DNA of 64,000 nucleotides from Anthoceros angustus. Taxonomy: Eukaryota; Plantae; Anthocerotophyta. Both the position numbers and the translations under genes were made by a program. Below are positions 1 through 12,610 of the stretch, piece after piece; the first letter of the stretch is position 1; every line of letters begins with the position of its first letter. The notes below the pieces were generated by a model. It saw only the letters and a program-made list of their open reading frames with translations, had not been told where the DNA came from and ran no database searches. The stretch lies in the NCBI GenBank assembly GCA_010909165.1, contig MU008161.1, positions 310,001 to 374,000 of the forward strand. Direction: 5' to 3'.

Positions 1-368
1 ACATCCACCCAAAGGAAAATCACATAAGAGGCGACAAACCCTCTTATCGCCTCTAAGGCAATGCCTTTATTACAACCCGAATGTTGTGGCCTCACGCGTA
101 CCTATACATGCGGAGGATACTGCATTCTTCATGGCTACCTACTTCTTCGATGAAATTGCTGTAACTCGGTGACTTCCCATGGCAGCCCAATCCCAACCCC
201 GCCGGAGGCACGCTTGATTATCCTTGACCCCTTGCCTTTGGCAGGGCGGTCTCCTCGACCTTGGTTGGGCCTCACTCCGAAGTTACACAAGCTGCCACCA
301 CTGTGTCTTCCTCGGTTTTGGTGTGACCAGCAAAGTTTGGGCATTGCTCCGCACCTCGGTGGGCCCTC
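1..368. repeat. Degenerate copy of 1756-2173
   Basis: Colinear with 1756-2173 (ACATCCACCC..AAAGGAAAATCACATAAGAG ... GCATTGCTCCGCACCTCGGTGGGCCCTC). Differences are mostly short deletions in this copy, many in homopolymers. Confidence 0.9.
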
Positions 369-983
369 GCCATTAGAAGCGAAATGGCATCCAAACCCCA
401 TCCGAACAAGTCCAATGCAGCGCGGAAGCGTAAGCATTTTGGATGAGCGCGAGGTGATTGGGTGAACGATTCATGGTATTCAACGTTACATGGCGAGACG
501 ATCGCCATGTCCATTGCATAGGAAGGCACGCGTTTCTCCTATTATGCGCAAAGGCATCATACAGACAAGCAGACCGTGGCACCGTGTGTCCGAATATAAA
601 TCGGAACCCTTTTGAGACAAGGTGAACGGTGCGCGGTCGCACCGGATGTCCGGGGTCGAGCCGTTTCATGTGGTGAATTGTTCCCCACCACTTTCTTGTT
701 TATTAGGTGAACGCTTAAACCCACGATTTTGATATCTTGGCTGGTGTGAAAATGTGCAGTCAGACCCCACATCGGGTATTCATCTTCAAATCTTACGTGT
801 TTTTTAAGGGTAGTTGATATAGTATAGCGGGAAAAAGCAAAAATTAGTAAACAAACCTTGAAATGCACGGTTTCATTTGAAACTCTTCATTCTTCATACA
901 TCATTTTTTCCTAAAATTTTAAAATAGCCTAATACACGGTTTTCCAAAAACAAACCCCTATTTTCACACCCTCAAAATTAGAG

Positions 984-1260
984 ATGAGGAGCCGTCTCTA
1001 CTTCTTACGAGACTTTGTTAGAGGGCGAGGCCGAGGCCGAGGTCGTGCCAAAGGACCGGCTCCCACACACTCCACCAATCCTACTGAACATACTCTGATT
1101 GGAGAAACTTCATATTCTTACACAGCTAGAAGAGGTAACAAGAAAAGTGGAATTATTTGCAAATGGTGCAGGATCCCAAATCATATGGAGAAGGACTGTA
1201 AAAAAGAAGAATGTCAAACCTAGGAAGAGCTGCATCCGAGTACACGCGTCATTAAGAAAC
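984..1260 (+). mobile_element. Retrotransposon gag fragment (RG-rich tract + CCHC zinc knuckle)
   Basis: ORF 984-1223 has RGRGRGRGR followed by CKWCRIPNHMEKDC, an exact CX2CX4HX4C knuckle. No pol domains follow. Confidence 0.65.
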
Positions 1261-1639
1261 AATCTTGACTTTGTGGGCAAACTTGTAGCACCGCCGAACC
1301 TCTGCCGCCTCCGCCACCTCCCCTCATGTTCCATATCAAATTATACCAAACAGGCCTAGTATCGCCGAATGTTTAAGGACCTGCGACGCCTCGTGTTCGC
1401 CCTTTTGGGGCACTTCCCTTCCGCTCTTCTCTCTTCGCTTGCTCTCGCACTTCGCAATCCATCATTGTGTGGCTCGGCCCGATGAAATGCCGGGCACAGC
1501 AACTCCACGCCATGTTCGTGTGGTCCGCAATCCGGGTTCTCCGCACCCTCACTGATCGTCGCTTCCTTGTCCAATCCAACCCACTTGTCCTGCCCGCCGC
1601 CTTGAGGAGCAAGGGTCGTGATTCTTCAGCACCTATGAT

Positions 1640-4330
1640 CACCTCCACACGTTAGGGGGTTCGTCACCAGAACCTCTCTAGAGTAGTTCGCCCACTTTGT
1701 GACTCGGGCAATGCATTAGCACTTGGCTCACAGAATCAGTATCCTGCACAACACGACATCCACCCCAAAAGGAAAATCACATAAGAGGGGCGACAAACCC
1801 CCTCTTATACTGCCTCTAAGGCAATGCCTTTATTACAACCCGAATGTTGGCCCTACTGCCAGCTACCTATACATGCGGGAGGGATACCAGATTCTTACGC
1901 ATGGCTACCTACTTCTTCGGCGATGGGGCTGCTGTTAACTCCGGCTGACTTCCCCGCATGGCAGCCCAATCCCCAACCCTGGCGCCGGAGGCACGCTCGG
2001 CTTGATTATCCTTGACCCTTGCCTTTCGGCAGGGGCCCGGGTCTCACCTCGACCTTGGTTGGGCCTCACTCCCGAAGTTGCGCTGACAACTGCTGTCACC
2101 ACCAGGTCTTCCTCTGGTTTTGGTGACAGCAGCACCGGAGTTTGGGCATTGCTCCGCACCTCGGTGGGCCCTCTGTCCACTAATCCGGCTGGAGGAGGGA
2201 CCGGAGTCCGTTCGCTTTGAGCCCGCTGGTTCGGTCTGTCAGACGCCAATGGGTCCGTCCTTAACTTCGGAGGCCGGCCCTCTAGGTCCATCCCAGAGCT
2301 CCGGCCCCTCCCCCTAGAGATGGACCTCACTGCCCCCTACTAAGGGTCCACCCCTCTGCTCTGACTCCTCTCCCACCGGACCAATTCCTTCTGTGGCCTC
2401 CAACCTAGGTGCAGGGTTCGGAGAGCATACCTCATGGTCCGTTGGGTCTATTGTTCCTGGTCCGGCTCGACCATAAAAGTCGCCGCTCTTCCTCCGACAG
2501 CTCCGCCTCACCACTGCTCCCATCCCCAAAAAGGGCAACCGCCTTCTCCTCTAGCCCTTCTTCTCCCTCGGACTCTTCCGACTCCTTTGGGGGCCCTACC
2601 GTCTCAGCCGGCTGGTGCACCACGCTTATGGCCTTCAGGTGCTCCGCGTGGTAGTAGGCGAAGTCTGAATCACCTGTTGGATGGCTTCTTCCACATGGGC
2701 CCAGACCCCGACCTCCCGCCTCCACTTGGTGCTCGGCGATCAGGTGTGCTCCTGCTCGCTAGGCTGCCTCGCCTCCCGCCTCCTTCCAGAGCCTTTGCGG
2801 CATCTTAGGAGGCCGTAAGGTAAGTCTTTGTGAGCTCTTGGAGCCGCTGCTTCTCGTTGGCTCGCTCCCTCTCCCGTTGCGCTTGAGGCCGCCGGTTGGG
2901 CCCTTGGGAAATTCATCTCCCTCCGTCCCGATGCGCGACCAGCAAGCTTCCTCTCCTCGCTCCACCGGTGCGGTCCTTCATGCTTTAAACGCGTTCCACC
3001 TCCTCCTGGAGTTCCCTCCTGAGCTCGTCGACATCCAGCTGTTTGCCCTTTTAGGGTTTCCTCCACCCGGAGGCAGAGCTGGAGTCGATCCACCTCCCGC
3101 TTGAAGTCCTCAATCCAGCCCTGTAGGAGCCCATTCCTTTCCTCCACCACCTGGAGTCGTAACTCCATGGTCTCCATCTCCGCTTCCCCTCGGTGCCGCA
3201 CCTCCTCAATGCCTTGGAGCTATGCCCGGAGCTCCGTTAGCTCGCCCAGCATTCTTGCATCTCCATTCCATGGGCAGCCTGGACTGCTCCCATTCCGCCC
3301 AGTCCTCCTTCAGGCGGGCGATCTCGTGGTCCCGCTCCCTCAATTGAGCTGTGGTTGCTCCGCCCGCCTCCCTCCAGCGGTTCTAGTCCCTATGGTAGTG
3401 ATCCCGGTCCGTCCTTGAGTTGGTCTCTGCGCCCCTTACTTCCTTCAATCGGCCTGTGGCTTGGCGCGGACTACGCCTTCCTCCCTCCGCCACCTGCCTC
3501 ACGACCTCCGCCGTTGCCCGTGCCTTCTCCAACTCTTGGTTCAAGGCCTCTGCGCGGGCTTGGGCCTCTTGCGCCTGCTTCAGCTGTTCATACAGCTGAA
3601 GGACCCTAGCACGGTCTTGTAGGGCGGACCTAGCCTCCCTCTCGGCCGTCCGGCACTTCTCCTCCTTGATTCTAGCCAGGATCTCCGCCTTACACTTGGC
3701 AGCTTGGATGGCCTCCGTCTGGCCATGGAGCTCGACCACGCGTCGCCTGGTGGCCTCTATCTCCTGCGTTTTCTCAGACGCCCGGCAGAGCCTCCAGATC
3801 ATGCCATCCGCGACGGACGCTAGGACTCGCCTGACCTCTTCCATCGCGGTGGCGAGTGAACTTCCTTCAAATCCCGCTGAGGGCGTGGGCATCGCATGGC
3901 CTACCAAGGATTGCCAGACCGTCCGTCGGAGCTGGTCTGGACCTCCGGCCTTAATCAAGAGGCCTAGGTCCTGCCCAGACCGGCCCTCCACCTCCTTGGC
4001 CCTAGGGCCGAGCGGCCTGTGTAGGACCAAGAATGACATTGATTGAGCTGATGGCGATTGGGCTGCAGGCTGGCCGCCTCGGCATGCCGCGGACTAGGCC
4101 ACGCCTGACGGCAAGGGCCGGGCGTCGGCGGCGGCGGCGGCTTGCCTCCGGCCACCCTCGGCCGACGGCGCAGTGGCTTAGGGTCAAGGCGATGGCGTTC
4201 CGGGCCGTGGTGGTGCCTTGGTCCAGCAAGCTCCATACGCCTGTACACGCCAGGCGCAGTCGAGCGGCAGCGGGCGTCCGTAGATCTGGTGGAGCCTTCC
4301 ATGGTGACAAATGTGGTGGGGCCTACCACA
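1640..4330 (-). mobile_element. Repeat/retroelement-derived region with broken coiled-coil ORFs
   Basis: GC-rich minus-strand ORFs 3383-4039, 2740-3201 and 2432-2725 are E/K/R/A-rich coiled-coil and low-complexity. The 3' part (1756-2173) is duplicated at 1-368. No catalytic motif recognised. Confidence 0.4.
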
Positions 4331-4339
4331 CGGATAGTC

Positions 4340-4820
4340 AGGTGGGTTCTTTTTTTTAGGGTATTCTCTAGGTTTTCTTTTAGGTATTCTTTATCTTCTC
4401 TTTTAGGGTATTCTCTGCCATGGGGCCTTCTTCTTCAATCTCCGCCCGGGATACCTCTTGCCCTATTTGTGGAAAACTTTTCAGAGCTCGGGGGGTTAGG
4501 AACCACATCAACTTAGTTCACAAGGACTTCAACCGGACCACGTGGGAGGCTTAACTGCAGCTGGCTTTTTTTTTCTGTCGCTGCACCCCCGGCTCCAGGC
4601 CCAAATTCTCACTTTGGACCACCTTCGGGGTCCTGGCAGTGGCTTCACAGATAAGCTGGTCACCTTTTGGCTCTCCATGAGACCCGTTTTCTCGGAACTT
4701 GCCTACTTCGGCGCCTCCCGAGGCGCCTTCAAGATGATGTCCGTCTAGCCTATCAGCTCCCTTTGGAGTGTCTTGCGCAAGATCCCCAGGACGAGGCTGC
4801 TTGGGCGTTGTTTCTTTTTA
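4340..4820 (+). mobile_element. CRE-clade non-LTR retrotransposon, 5' part (5' UTR + C2H2 zinc finger)
   Basis: ATG at ~4419 gives MGPSSSISARDTSCPICGKLFRARGVRNHINLVH (C2H2 finger). The frame at 4760-4820 reads LECLAQDPQDEAAWALFLF and continues at ~12990 as FFLPMWCL. Confidence 0.75.
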
Positions 4821-5319
4821 ATGTTGTCTCATATCGGCGGATTCCGTTGAAATGGGTCAGCAAAAGGCGTGAACTTTCCCATCATCATATCCAAAAAGCA
4901 TGTCCCGAAAACCATGTACGTTATTGCGGGTTTGAAGAAATTTGGCATCCACTTTTCGGGACCGAAAAGAACGTGGCCAAAAAATTATTGTCTTTGAATT
5001 CATTCCTCCAAAACTTGGAAAAAGTGTGGAATCGGTGGATGCGTTTGAACATTTGTCGTACAGGCCGGTCTTATCATGTGTTGTCCTAAAAAAATAATGT
5101 CCATCAGAATAGAGACACGGTTTTGGCTGATTTGCAACATAATCGCAAATTCTGTGTTGTACCGTCATTTTGTGTGCCCATACTCTGCACTTGGTTAAGC
5201 CGTTTATGTCCATGGGGAACACACAACCTATCCACTCCTGGAGAAGTGCGCCGGTCAGCCGGCGCATACCTTCCCCACAGTCCAGCACTAGTAGGAGTCC
5301 ATGGTCAACTGAAAAACTA

Positions 5320-8300
5320 ACTAATCTGAACTCCATGAACCATGTTCATCAAGTGTTTCAATGTCCTCGCCTTCAGATGCAACATCTTCTGCAACGCCAT
5401 CATCCGTGTCCCTTCCTTCCATATGTTCCGAGCTTCCTCCACGCAGCAAAACGTACATGTTTTTCCGTATTATGGTTAGTCCTTGCATTTAGTTGCTTCG
5501 CTTTTGTTAGAAAACCCGTATGCCAAGATGAATGTATGCAGAAGCAATTTGTCGACGTGTTTCCGCAACCTCATGCTCCGTCGTTGAGAGCGACCCCCAC
5601 GACTGCCGCGTTGGTGGCTGATCAGGTAAAATCATCTCCTCTAGGTACCTGCCTTCAAATGCGTCAGTGCATTTAGTCACCCACCAATGGACTTTAATGA
5701 ATGGGGCGTCACATTGGAAGTCCACCTGTAGGACTTTTGCGAGCCAGAATGGTCGATTGTCAGCATCTGTCTCACAAGGCACCGCAATCATGTGACCTGT
5801 TTGTATCTCCAACACATCGCCGTTCAAGCTTTCTTGTTCCCGCCGCATCATCCGCCAGCGCTCCATACATGTCATGGGCACCCGCGATTGGATCTGTAAA
5901 ATCTCAGCCTCTGGTACAACCAAAGGGCGATGCAACTCTTCATTATGTGTTCTATCGTACCATTGCCAAGGGGTCTTCAATTCCTCAGCATGCTCACATG
6001 CTATCTTGTCCACGATGGCTGATTGCTCAGCCCAGAATTCCTCCCACCAAATATCCTCACCTGCGCCCAAATGGGTCCTGAGTTTTTCCTCTAGTTTCCC
6101 ACGCATTGCTGCAAGACTTCTTTCGGGATCTCTCCCCTCTGCAACCGCTTTTTTTGGACCTCCAAATGAACCAAGCGGCGGCTTGAATAGGAGTAGATGG
6201 GACATTATTCAAAACTCCAAACCCTCGTCCGGTGACCAGATTCATCGGTGGAATATTGTTTGCCCCTCATCAGAACAAGTCCGCTCACCTCGCGTTTCTC
6301 GGGTTATTTTGAACGATCTTTGAAAAGATATATTGTGTTTTCAAAGAACTGTTTATAGCCGCCTTCCCCATAAGGTATTGGCCACACAAACTTTCGAAGT
6401 GGAACTTCTTTCACCTCCATAATTTTGGTTTGGGCGTATGCATTCTCCAAAATACCATTTGGGCAACGTAAAGCTTCCTTCGTGCAAGCCTTGAAAACCT
6501 CGAAAACATCCGTCAACGGTCATGAGTGTGCCCAACCGGAGGAATCCTACTTTTACCTTCTCAAAACCTTAAGCTCTACCAACATATTCGTAAGCGAATA
6601 GCGTGCATTCTTATTCTCCGTGCGGTGTTAGTTGAAGATAAAGAACCTTTGGTAGTAGTCCTCGTAATTTGAAATGACATCTGGATATTGGCTATAGTCG
6701 AGTTTGCATCGTTAGATGTTCCGTATGCCATGAAGAGTTCCGACATGGTGTAGTTATAAATCATGCACCCCACAACATGGACGTCGATCAAACCTACATC
6801 CGGTCCTTGGGTAACGCGTGAAATGTGGAAGGTGTCTTGTTGGTCCATCCGTCGATGGATATCCCGATATACTTTGCCGGGTCTCCATAACATTTCACGC
6901 GGTGCTTGATGCATTTTTCTCTCGGACTTGATGGCGCTGTGCGCCTCGGATCGACTTCAAATGCTTCGCAAAATAATCACCCAAACAACGTTGAGGAATA
7001 AAAGCTCGGGAAGGAGCGATAGCATAATCGAGTCCGCCGACGGCCGCCACTCCTCGGCCGGGCCGGCAGGCGTGCCGACTATCGACGGTACGGCGCGCAA
7101 CCGTGGCCGGTGGCCACCATCGCATTGCCAAAACACAATTTCACATCAAGCCTCACCTTGTTTTCTCTGTTTTCTCGCTCTTTATATTTCGTTTGAGGTA
7201 ATCGCAGTTGTGCACAAGGCAAACCGATTGCTCTTGAATTTTCACCTTGTGAAAGTCGTAGCCCAAAGTCGACAAAAGTAGGAATGAGAAACAGATCTTC
7301 GGCCGCATATGTTGCTTGTATTCTTGAAACACCTCGCCTTTTGAGTAAGAGTCGGAAGGTGATACACTTCAATGTTTGGCATTCTCTCGGCAATAAGCAT
7401 AAGCAGTTGGTTCATCCACGCAGACATCGATTCGATCGCCTTCGTAAAGGCGGACCACGCAATGTTCGGCGCTCTCGCTTCTTCTTCACGGCTAGACCCG
7501 ATACAATAAAGCGTCAAGGCCTCTCTACAACAATACACTTTTCCTCGTCCGACAAGAAACGAGTCTACCCTAACCCTTCCATCGCTCTCATAATCGACAT
7601 CAAAAGGGATTGTAGGTGCATCTCCGCTCCCCGCACATTCTAAGGAACCGATACCTCAAATCTCGAAGGTTGCCTTCCCTATTGTCCTCAAGCATTGTCT
7701 ACCACAGTTTTGCGAAAATCACGGGTAATCTGAACCTCTTCACATTTCATCTCGGGCACTTTAGATTGCCGTCTACTTGGCGTCTACGTGGTGGTGCCAT
7801 GCTCGATAAATGATTCGGACCGGGCTTCAAATTGTATATGCGCCTTTTGAGGTGGATGTTCAAATGCACCTCATCGAGTCCTCTTCCTCCACATGTTCCA
7901 CCGCGTCGGGGCCACGGTGGAAGCAGTATCTTCTAGATACAACCTGCAAACCGAGTTGGCATTCACCCCAGCAGGCGGCCATATCCGACCGGTCGTCGGC
8001 GTGGAGCACTTCCGGAGGAGTAGTCTTGCGGATGGCGGGATGTACGGCGAGGCTGTCTGAAGGACTTCCGTGAATGGAATCCAACATAAACAGGCGGTGT
8101 CTTTGGAATGGATGCGATTATCTGCGGAAGTGGTGGAGGCCGTGCACTGCAGACGAATAACACACATCCGGAATCATGTTCAAGAGCCTTTGGAATGCAA
8201 TCGATTTCGCACGAGTTTGCACGACGCCTTCATCTAGTTCTCCTCTTCAACTTGAATACCTTGTTGAGATAGGCATTTCAAGTAGAATAGTTGATGCCTC

Positions 8301-9520
8301 GGCCAGTGTTGCATATCGGGAGGAATCTCGCTCGCCCGACCGATAGCATCCAAGTCCTTTGACTTCAAGAACTCCTTCCACCGCTTCAACATCGGCAAAT
8401 TTTCAAGAGCTACTGCATGCGAGGAAGAACGCACTTTGAATCAAGATCAAAGTCACACCCACAATTATAGACATGTGACATAAGGTGGTACGTGTGGTGT
8501 TGGATGATTTATAATTGCGGTTCGTGATGGTGATGTAATGTGATTCGATGGACCTTGAATGAGAGTGCAGCATCCTTAGAAAATGATGGCATAAGATGAG
8601 GTGGATGCATCGAATTTGTAATGGGCCTATTTTAGGCATTTGAGGTTAAATGAATGATGACCGTGTTCGGTGACCTTGCTACAACTTGAGCCGTTTAGCG
8701 TAACTAGCGGTGTTAAGGCTTTATCGTAATCCCGTTGATGCGGTTCAACATCCATATTTCATTTCCACAGCTCGAGCCTCTCCTTTTCATCAAGAGTTCG
8801 AGAGTCCGGATCAATTCTCTTACTTCCTCCCGCCAACTTCCCGCATGAGGTTTTGAAGATTGCGGATGGTGATCGCGAGGGCGCCACGGAGCAATAAGCA
8901 TGCGAGATCGACCCCGCTGCGTTGGGCGCCGCCACGCATCGAAGCGGAAAAATGCCGATGGCAGCGGCAGGATCGCTGCAAGGGGCGTCGGATGAGGGGA
9001 TGCGATCGCGAATGTGGTAACAGAACCCCACCGCTATTATGCAATTGAGAGAATCCTCTCATGGTAGTGTCCGGACGTCCACCTCAAAGGGTACTCAGCG
9101 AGAGGATATGAAGACATTGATGGCCGGTGAGCACCAACCTCGGTGGAAATCACTGCGATTCCTCATGCTTTTAACTTTGTGGAGCGCTTTCGGTGAAAAA
9201 GCTCCGATTCTCTTCCGCGGTACAACACGGACAAAGAGTGGAGCGTTGTTGCGGAAGAACAAGATCCAGTGCCTTGGATTCCACTCGGCCTTATGGATTA
9301 ACGGTTACAATGGTATTGAGGGGATTCGAGCAAGAGTGGATGGATTCTATTATGTGATGACGGAATGGGCGAAGATATGCACATACGCTTTTGGTCACCA
9401 AGAAACCTCATTTGCACATAAACGATGACATCAACACACATCTCCTGCGATAATGGATGCTGCCAAGATAATGCCTCGTCGTTGTGAGCCGGCCAGTTGA
9501 AATCGGCCTTGCGTGATTCC
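5320..9520 (-). pseudogene. RNase H-fold DDD/E transposase, Sola-like (GHTH-type); frameshifted as assembled
   Basis: Motifs across frameshifts: KIQEQSVCLVHNCDYLK (~7190-7240), DPAKYIGISIDG(M)DQ (~6840-6880), LPKVLYLQL-(D)NTARENKN (~6605-6655), KVKVGFL(P)VGHTH (6522-6560). C-terminal ORF 5507-6205. Probable intron ~6965-7156 (AAG|gtgagg). The 5' limit is approximate. Confidence 0.75.
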
Positions 9521-9699
9521 AAAAGTGTTCAAGATGTAAGTCGGTTGTATATGTATCACTTCCCATTTTCGCTATTAGGGTTTCGCATCTTTGGTATACT
9601 CATTGTTTTCCTCTTTAAAATGAAGCAGGGGAGAACAATTTTGCGCGTTCTACTCCGCTACGCCAAGGGGTCTTGAAGAACAGTGTAGTGATCGACCTG

Positions 9700-12400
9700 A
9701 TCGGGCGGTGAGGCGGTGCGACGCAACGCGCTATCAGGCGGGCCGGTGGGTTGTGTGCGGACCCCGATGCTTATACCGGAGATGGAGGAGGACGAGGTTC
9801 CGGTGGCGGAGCCGAGCTCTCCGGAAGAGGAGCGATCTCGCCTCGTGGTCCGATGCGGAGGCACAGGCGGCCCATGGCTCGCAACATGTCCAGCCTCGGG
9901 GTCTTGAATAGGCTTTTGAGGAGGAGGTGACCCTCCTCGTCAGAAGGACCCTGCAGCGGCAGCGCAGAAAGAAGAAGAAGGGAATCCAGCTCGGTCACCG
10001 TGAAGATGAGAAGGCGAATGGTGGTAAGAATGCTCCTAACTCGCCTCCATTCGAACCCATGTAAGAATTGAAGCATCTTGTTTTGATTTCCATGCGAGCA
10101 CACCAATCAAGCGAAGAGGAAGGCAAGATCTCGGTGGTGATGGAGAAGAGGTGGGCGGGGCGGAAAAATTAAGGAAGTCGAGGAAGCATGCGAGAAGAGG
10201 AAGCGTTGCGGGCGACCACGGATGCCGACGGAGCTCCTTTCGCAGGAGGATGACTATCCGGAGATGGTTCGCACTCGGGCCTACAAGAAGCGGGTGCAAA
10301 CCACAACATTCGACATTCACATATATTTTCGTCACCTTCATTTCTAACAGATGCTCGAGATAAGGAAGGTGGATGAGGCATGGATGAAGTGCCTTGTTCG
10401 GCGGCGAGCAGTCTAGAAGGAAGGGCGCTCCCACTTTTGTGCATGATTGATCCAACGGTGCTTGAAGAAAGAAGATGCGGACCGGAGGAGATCGAGCTGA
10501 TTACACCCTAGGGGTCTTTGGGAGGGAACCATTGCTATGCCGCCATGCGAACCATCGAAATGTATCCGGAAGATAAATTTCAATGGCTTGAGGGCCATGT
10601 ATATGCGAGCTTGTGAGAGGAAGAAATGCGGGTCTTGTGATTGATCACAATGTGTATGCGACAAGAGGAAGAAGCTTGGTTTTATTGAACAAGTCGCTAC
10701 ATACATGATGAGCTTGAGATTTGGCACGGACACACCCGATGGAAAACCATGCGGTGGAAGTTCAATGTGTACAAGTTCTTTGGGGATCTTTGGAGGCTGG
10801 AAACTCAAGGACACGATTATGTACGAAGATGGTGGGCGGAAGACTGCGTTGAGGATTGCGAGTGCGAGGGGGTAAATTGTGGGAGAACGTGGACACCATT
10901 TTCCGGATGTGGGAGAAGTGCGAACTCCAGGCGGGGAGCAGCGGTCGGGGCGGCGGCGCAAAGCGGAAGCCACAAGACCCAACTACAACAGTGCGGTCCC
11001 TGGACCCCCTCGTCCGGCTCCAATGCTCGGAAGGGCATGGAGCATTCAAGGAGTCCCAAGGACGAAAGGTGAAGATGTTGATAGTGACCAAGGTCATCCA
11101 AGGAAACGCAGCTAAAAGATATGGATACGATGTTAGCGGAAGAAGATTAACCTTATCGAGCATGCCTTTGAAGGCTATGAAGTGTGCGACCTTACAAGTC
11201 GCCAGCTTCCAACATCAAGGCCAAGGAATTGGCGAAGTTTCAAACTTTTGCGAAAGTGGTAAGTGAGTGTATTCGTTGGGGTGTGCGGTCGGTGGCGCAC
11301 TGCAATCTTGTGCGCACTCTGTTGTTTGAGGCGCAAGCGCAGTGCGCGGTGGGCGCCGCGGAGTCGCGCCGGCTTCAGCGCCTCCACCGCGCCACGGCCG
11401 GCGGTTCATTGGTGGAGTCGGTGGCCGGCCACCAGTCGCCGGTGACCGGCGCCACGCGGCCGGCCTCCACATCAATGAGTTCGACCACCTGCTTGCTTGC
11501 GACCGGGAGACATTGAGGATTTGGAAAGCCAAAACCTTTCCAAGATTTTGTTTATAGCGGCATCGAAGCGGATGGAAGAAGAGCGAAAACAAATGGCCGA
11601 CAAGGACATGGATGCGGTGGCGGTTTGAGTGCACAGGTCTTGGACAAAGTGGCATATCGGTGGTGCATCGAGACATTTTGGATATGAAAGGATTTTTGCC
11701 ACCGAGGAGGTATACTCTTCTTTTCTGCGACCTCCCTCGAGGTTTACTGCATGAGAATGACAAGGCTTTCGTTGAAGAAGAATTGAAAGAGATCATCAGC
11801 TCTTTCAACGAGAAGACCACGATGTGTTAGGATAATTCTTATGCATGGGGTGGATGGGGTGATTCAAGCCGGGGAGGCTTTGAGGTCTTGGTGCGGGAAA
11901 GGAGTCATTCGGACCACGGTATGGGAGAAAACCAACATCCCACCTAACGGTGGTCTTTGTGGAAGCAGTGGAATATTTGGATTGGGAAGCGCGTGAGGCG
12001 AGTCCAATGTCGGAAAAGCTCCTCTTTTTCGGCAAAGACATCAAGCAGTGCTGCCAAGAGTTATCCGACATGGGGTGGTGAAGAAGCGATTTACCAGGTG
12101 ATAAGATGGTCGTGTCGCCATATCGAAACCTGGGCTTATTAGGCATGTTGGTGAACATGTTCTCCAACGAAGCAGCGGATTGTTGGCCTTTGTGCGGGAT
12201 CGGGATCATTTTGGTGGCGGGATACAGCGGAAAAGGCGTTGTGGCCATTGACAAGACGCGATGCTCAATGTATATGTCTAGCAGTGAGCAGGTTGGAGCG
12301 GCCGGACGAGTTCGAAGAAATAACAACAGATAAGTTTTCGCGGGGAGCAAGTTTTGGGCAAAGGAGATGCATGCGACGGAGGCATTGGCAGGAAAATGCA
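9700..12400 (+). pseudogene. ParB-like domain + beta-class N6-adenine/N4-cytosine DNA methyltransferase; frameshifted as assembled
   Basis: LGGNHCYAAMR at 10521-10550 (ParB/Srx-type GGNH). YTLLFCDLPRG at 11711-11743 (motif IV-like). VWEKTN at 11919-11936. PYRNLGLLGMLVNMFSNE then IVGLCAGSGS (12188-12208, motif I), then VVAID. The IV..X-I order is beta class. Intron 10294-10350 (gtgcaa..ttctaacag); probable second intron from ~11260 (gtaagt). Boundaries approximate. Confidence 0.75.
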
Positions 12401-12610
12401 AGTGTATAGCTTGCTTGGAAAGAAGGTCGAGAATGAAGGACTCCGAGACCCGGGGCGACCGGCGGTTGAAGACCAATGGCATTGACAATATGGGATGAAA
12501 GCGGCACACTACCATGAGACAGAGGCTCACGTTTTCTGTTTTGCGAGTTGAAGGCGATGACTTTGGTGACACGGAAAAGGCGGATTTGGAAAATGTAGAA
12601 AGCGGTGCAG

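Noticed and set aside
1-2173. Complete LTR retrotransposon with LTRs at 1-368 and 1756-2173
   Set aside because: No TG..CA ends, PBS or PPT are visible. The repeat looks like the 3' end of the minus-strand ORF region, and the first copy is cut by the window edge.
5320-9520. CACTA/En-Spm transposase
   Set aside because: The ends do not read CACTA and I found no DGFNPF-type motif. The IDG(M)DQ / LQL-NxxRENKN / VGHTH set fits a Sola-like family better.
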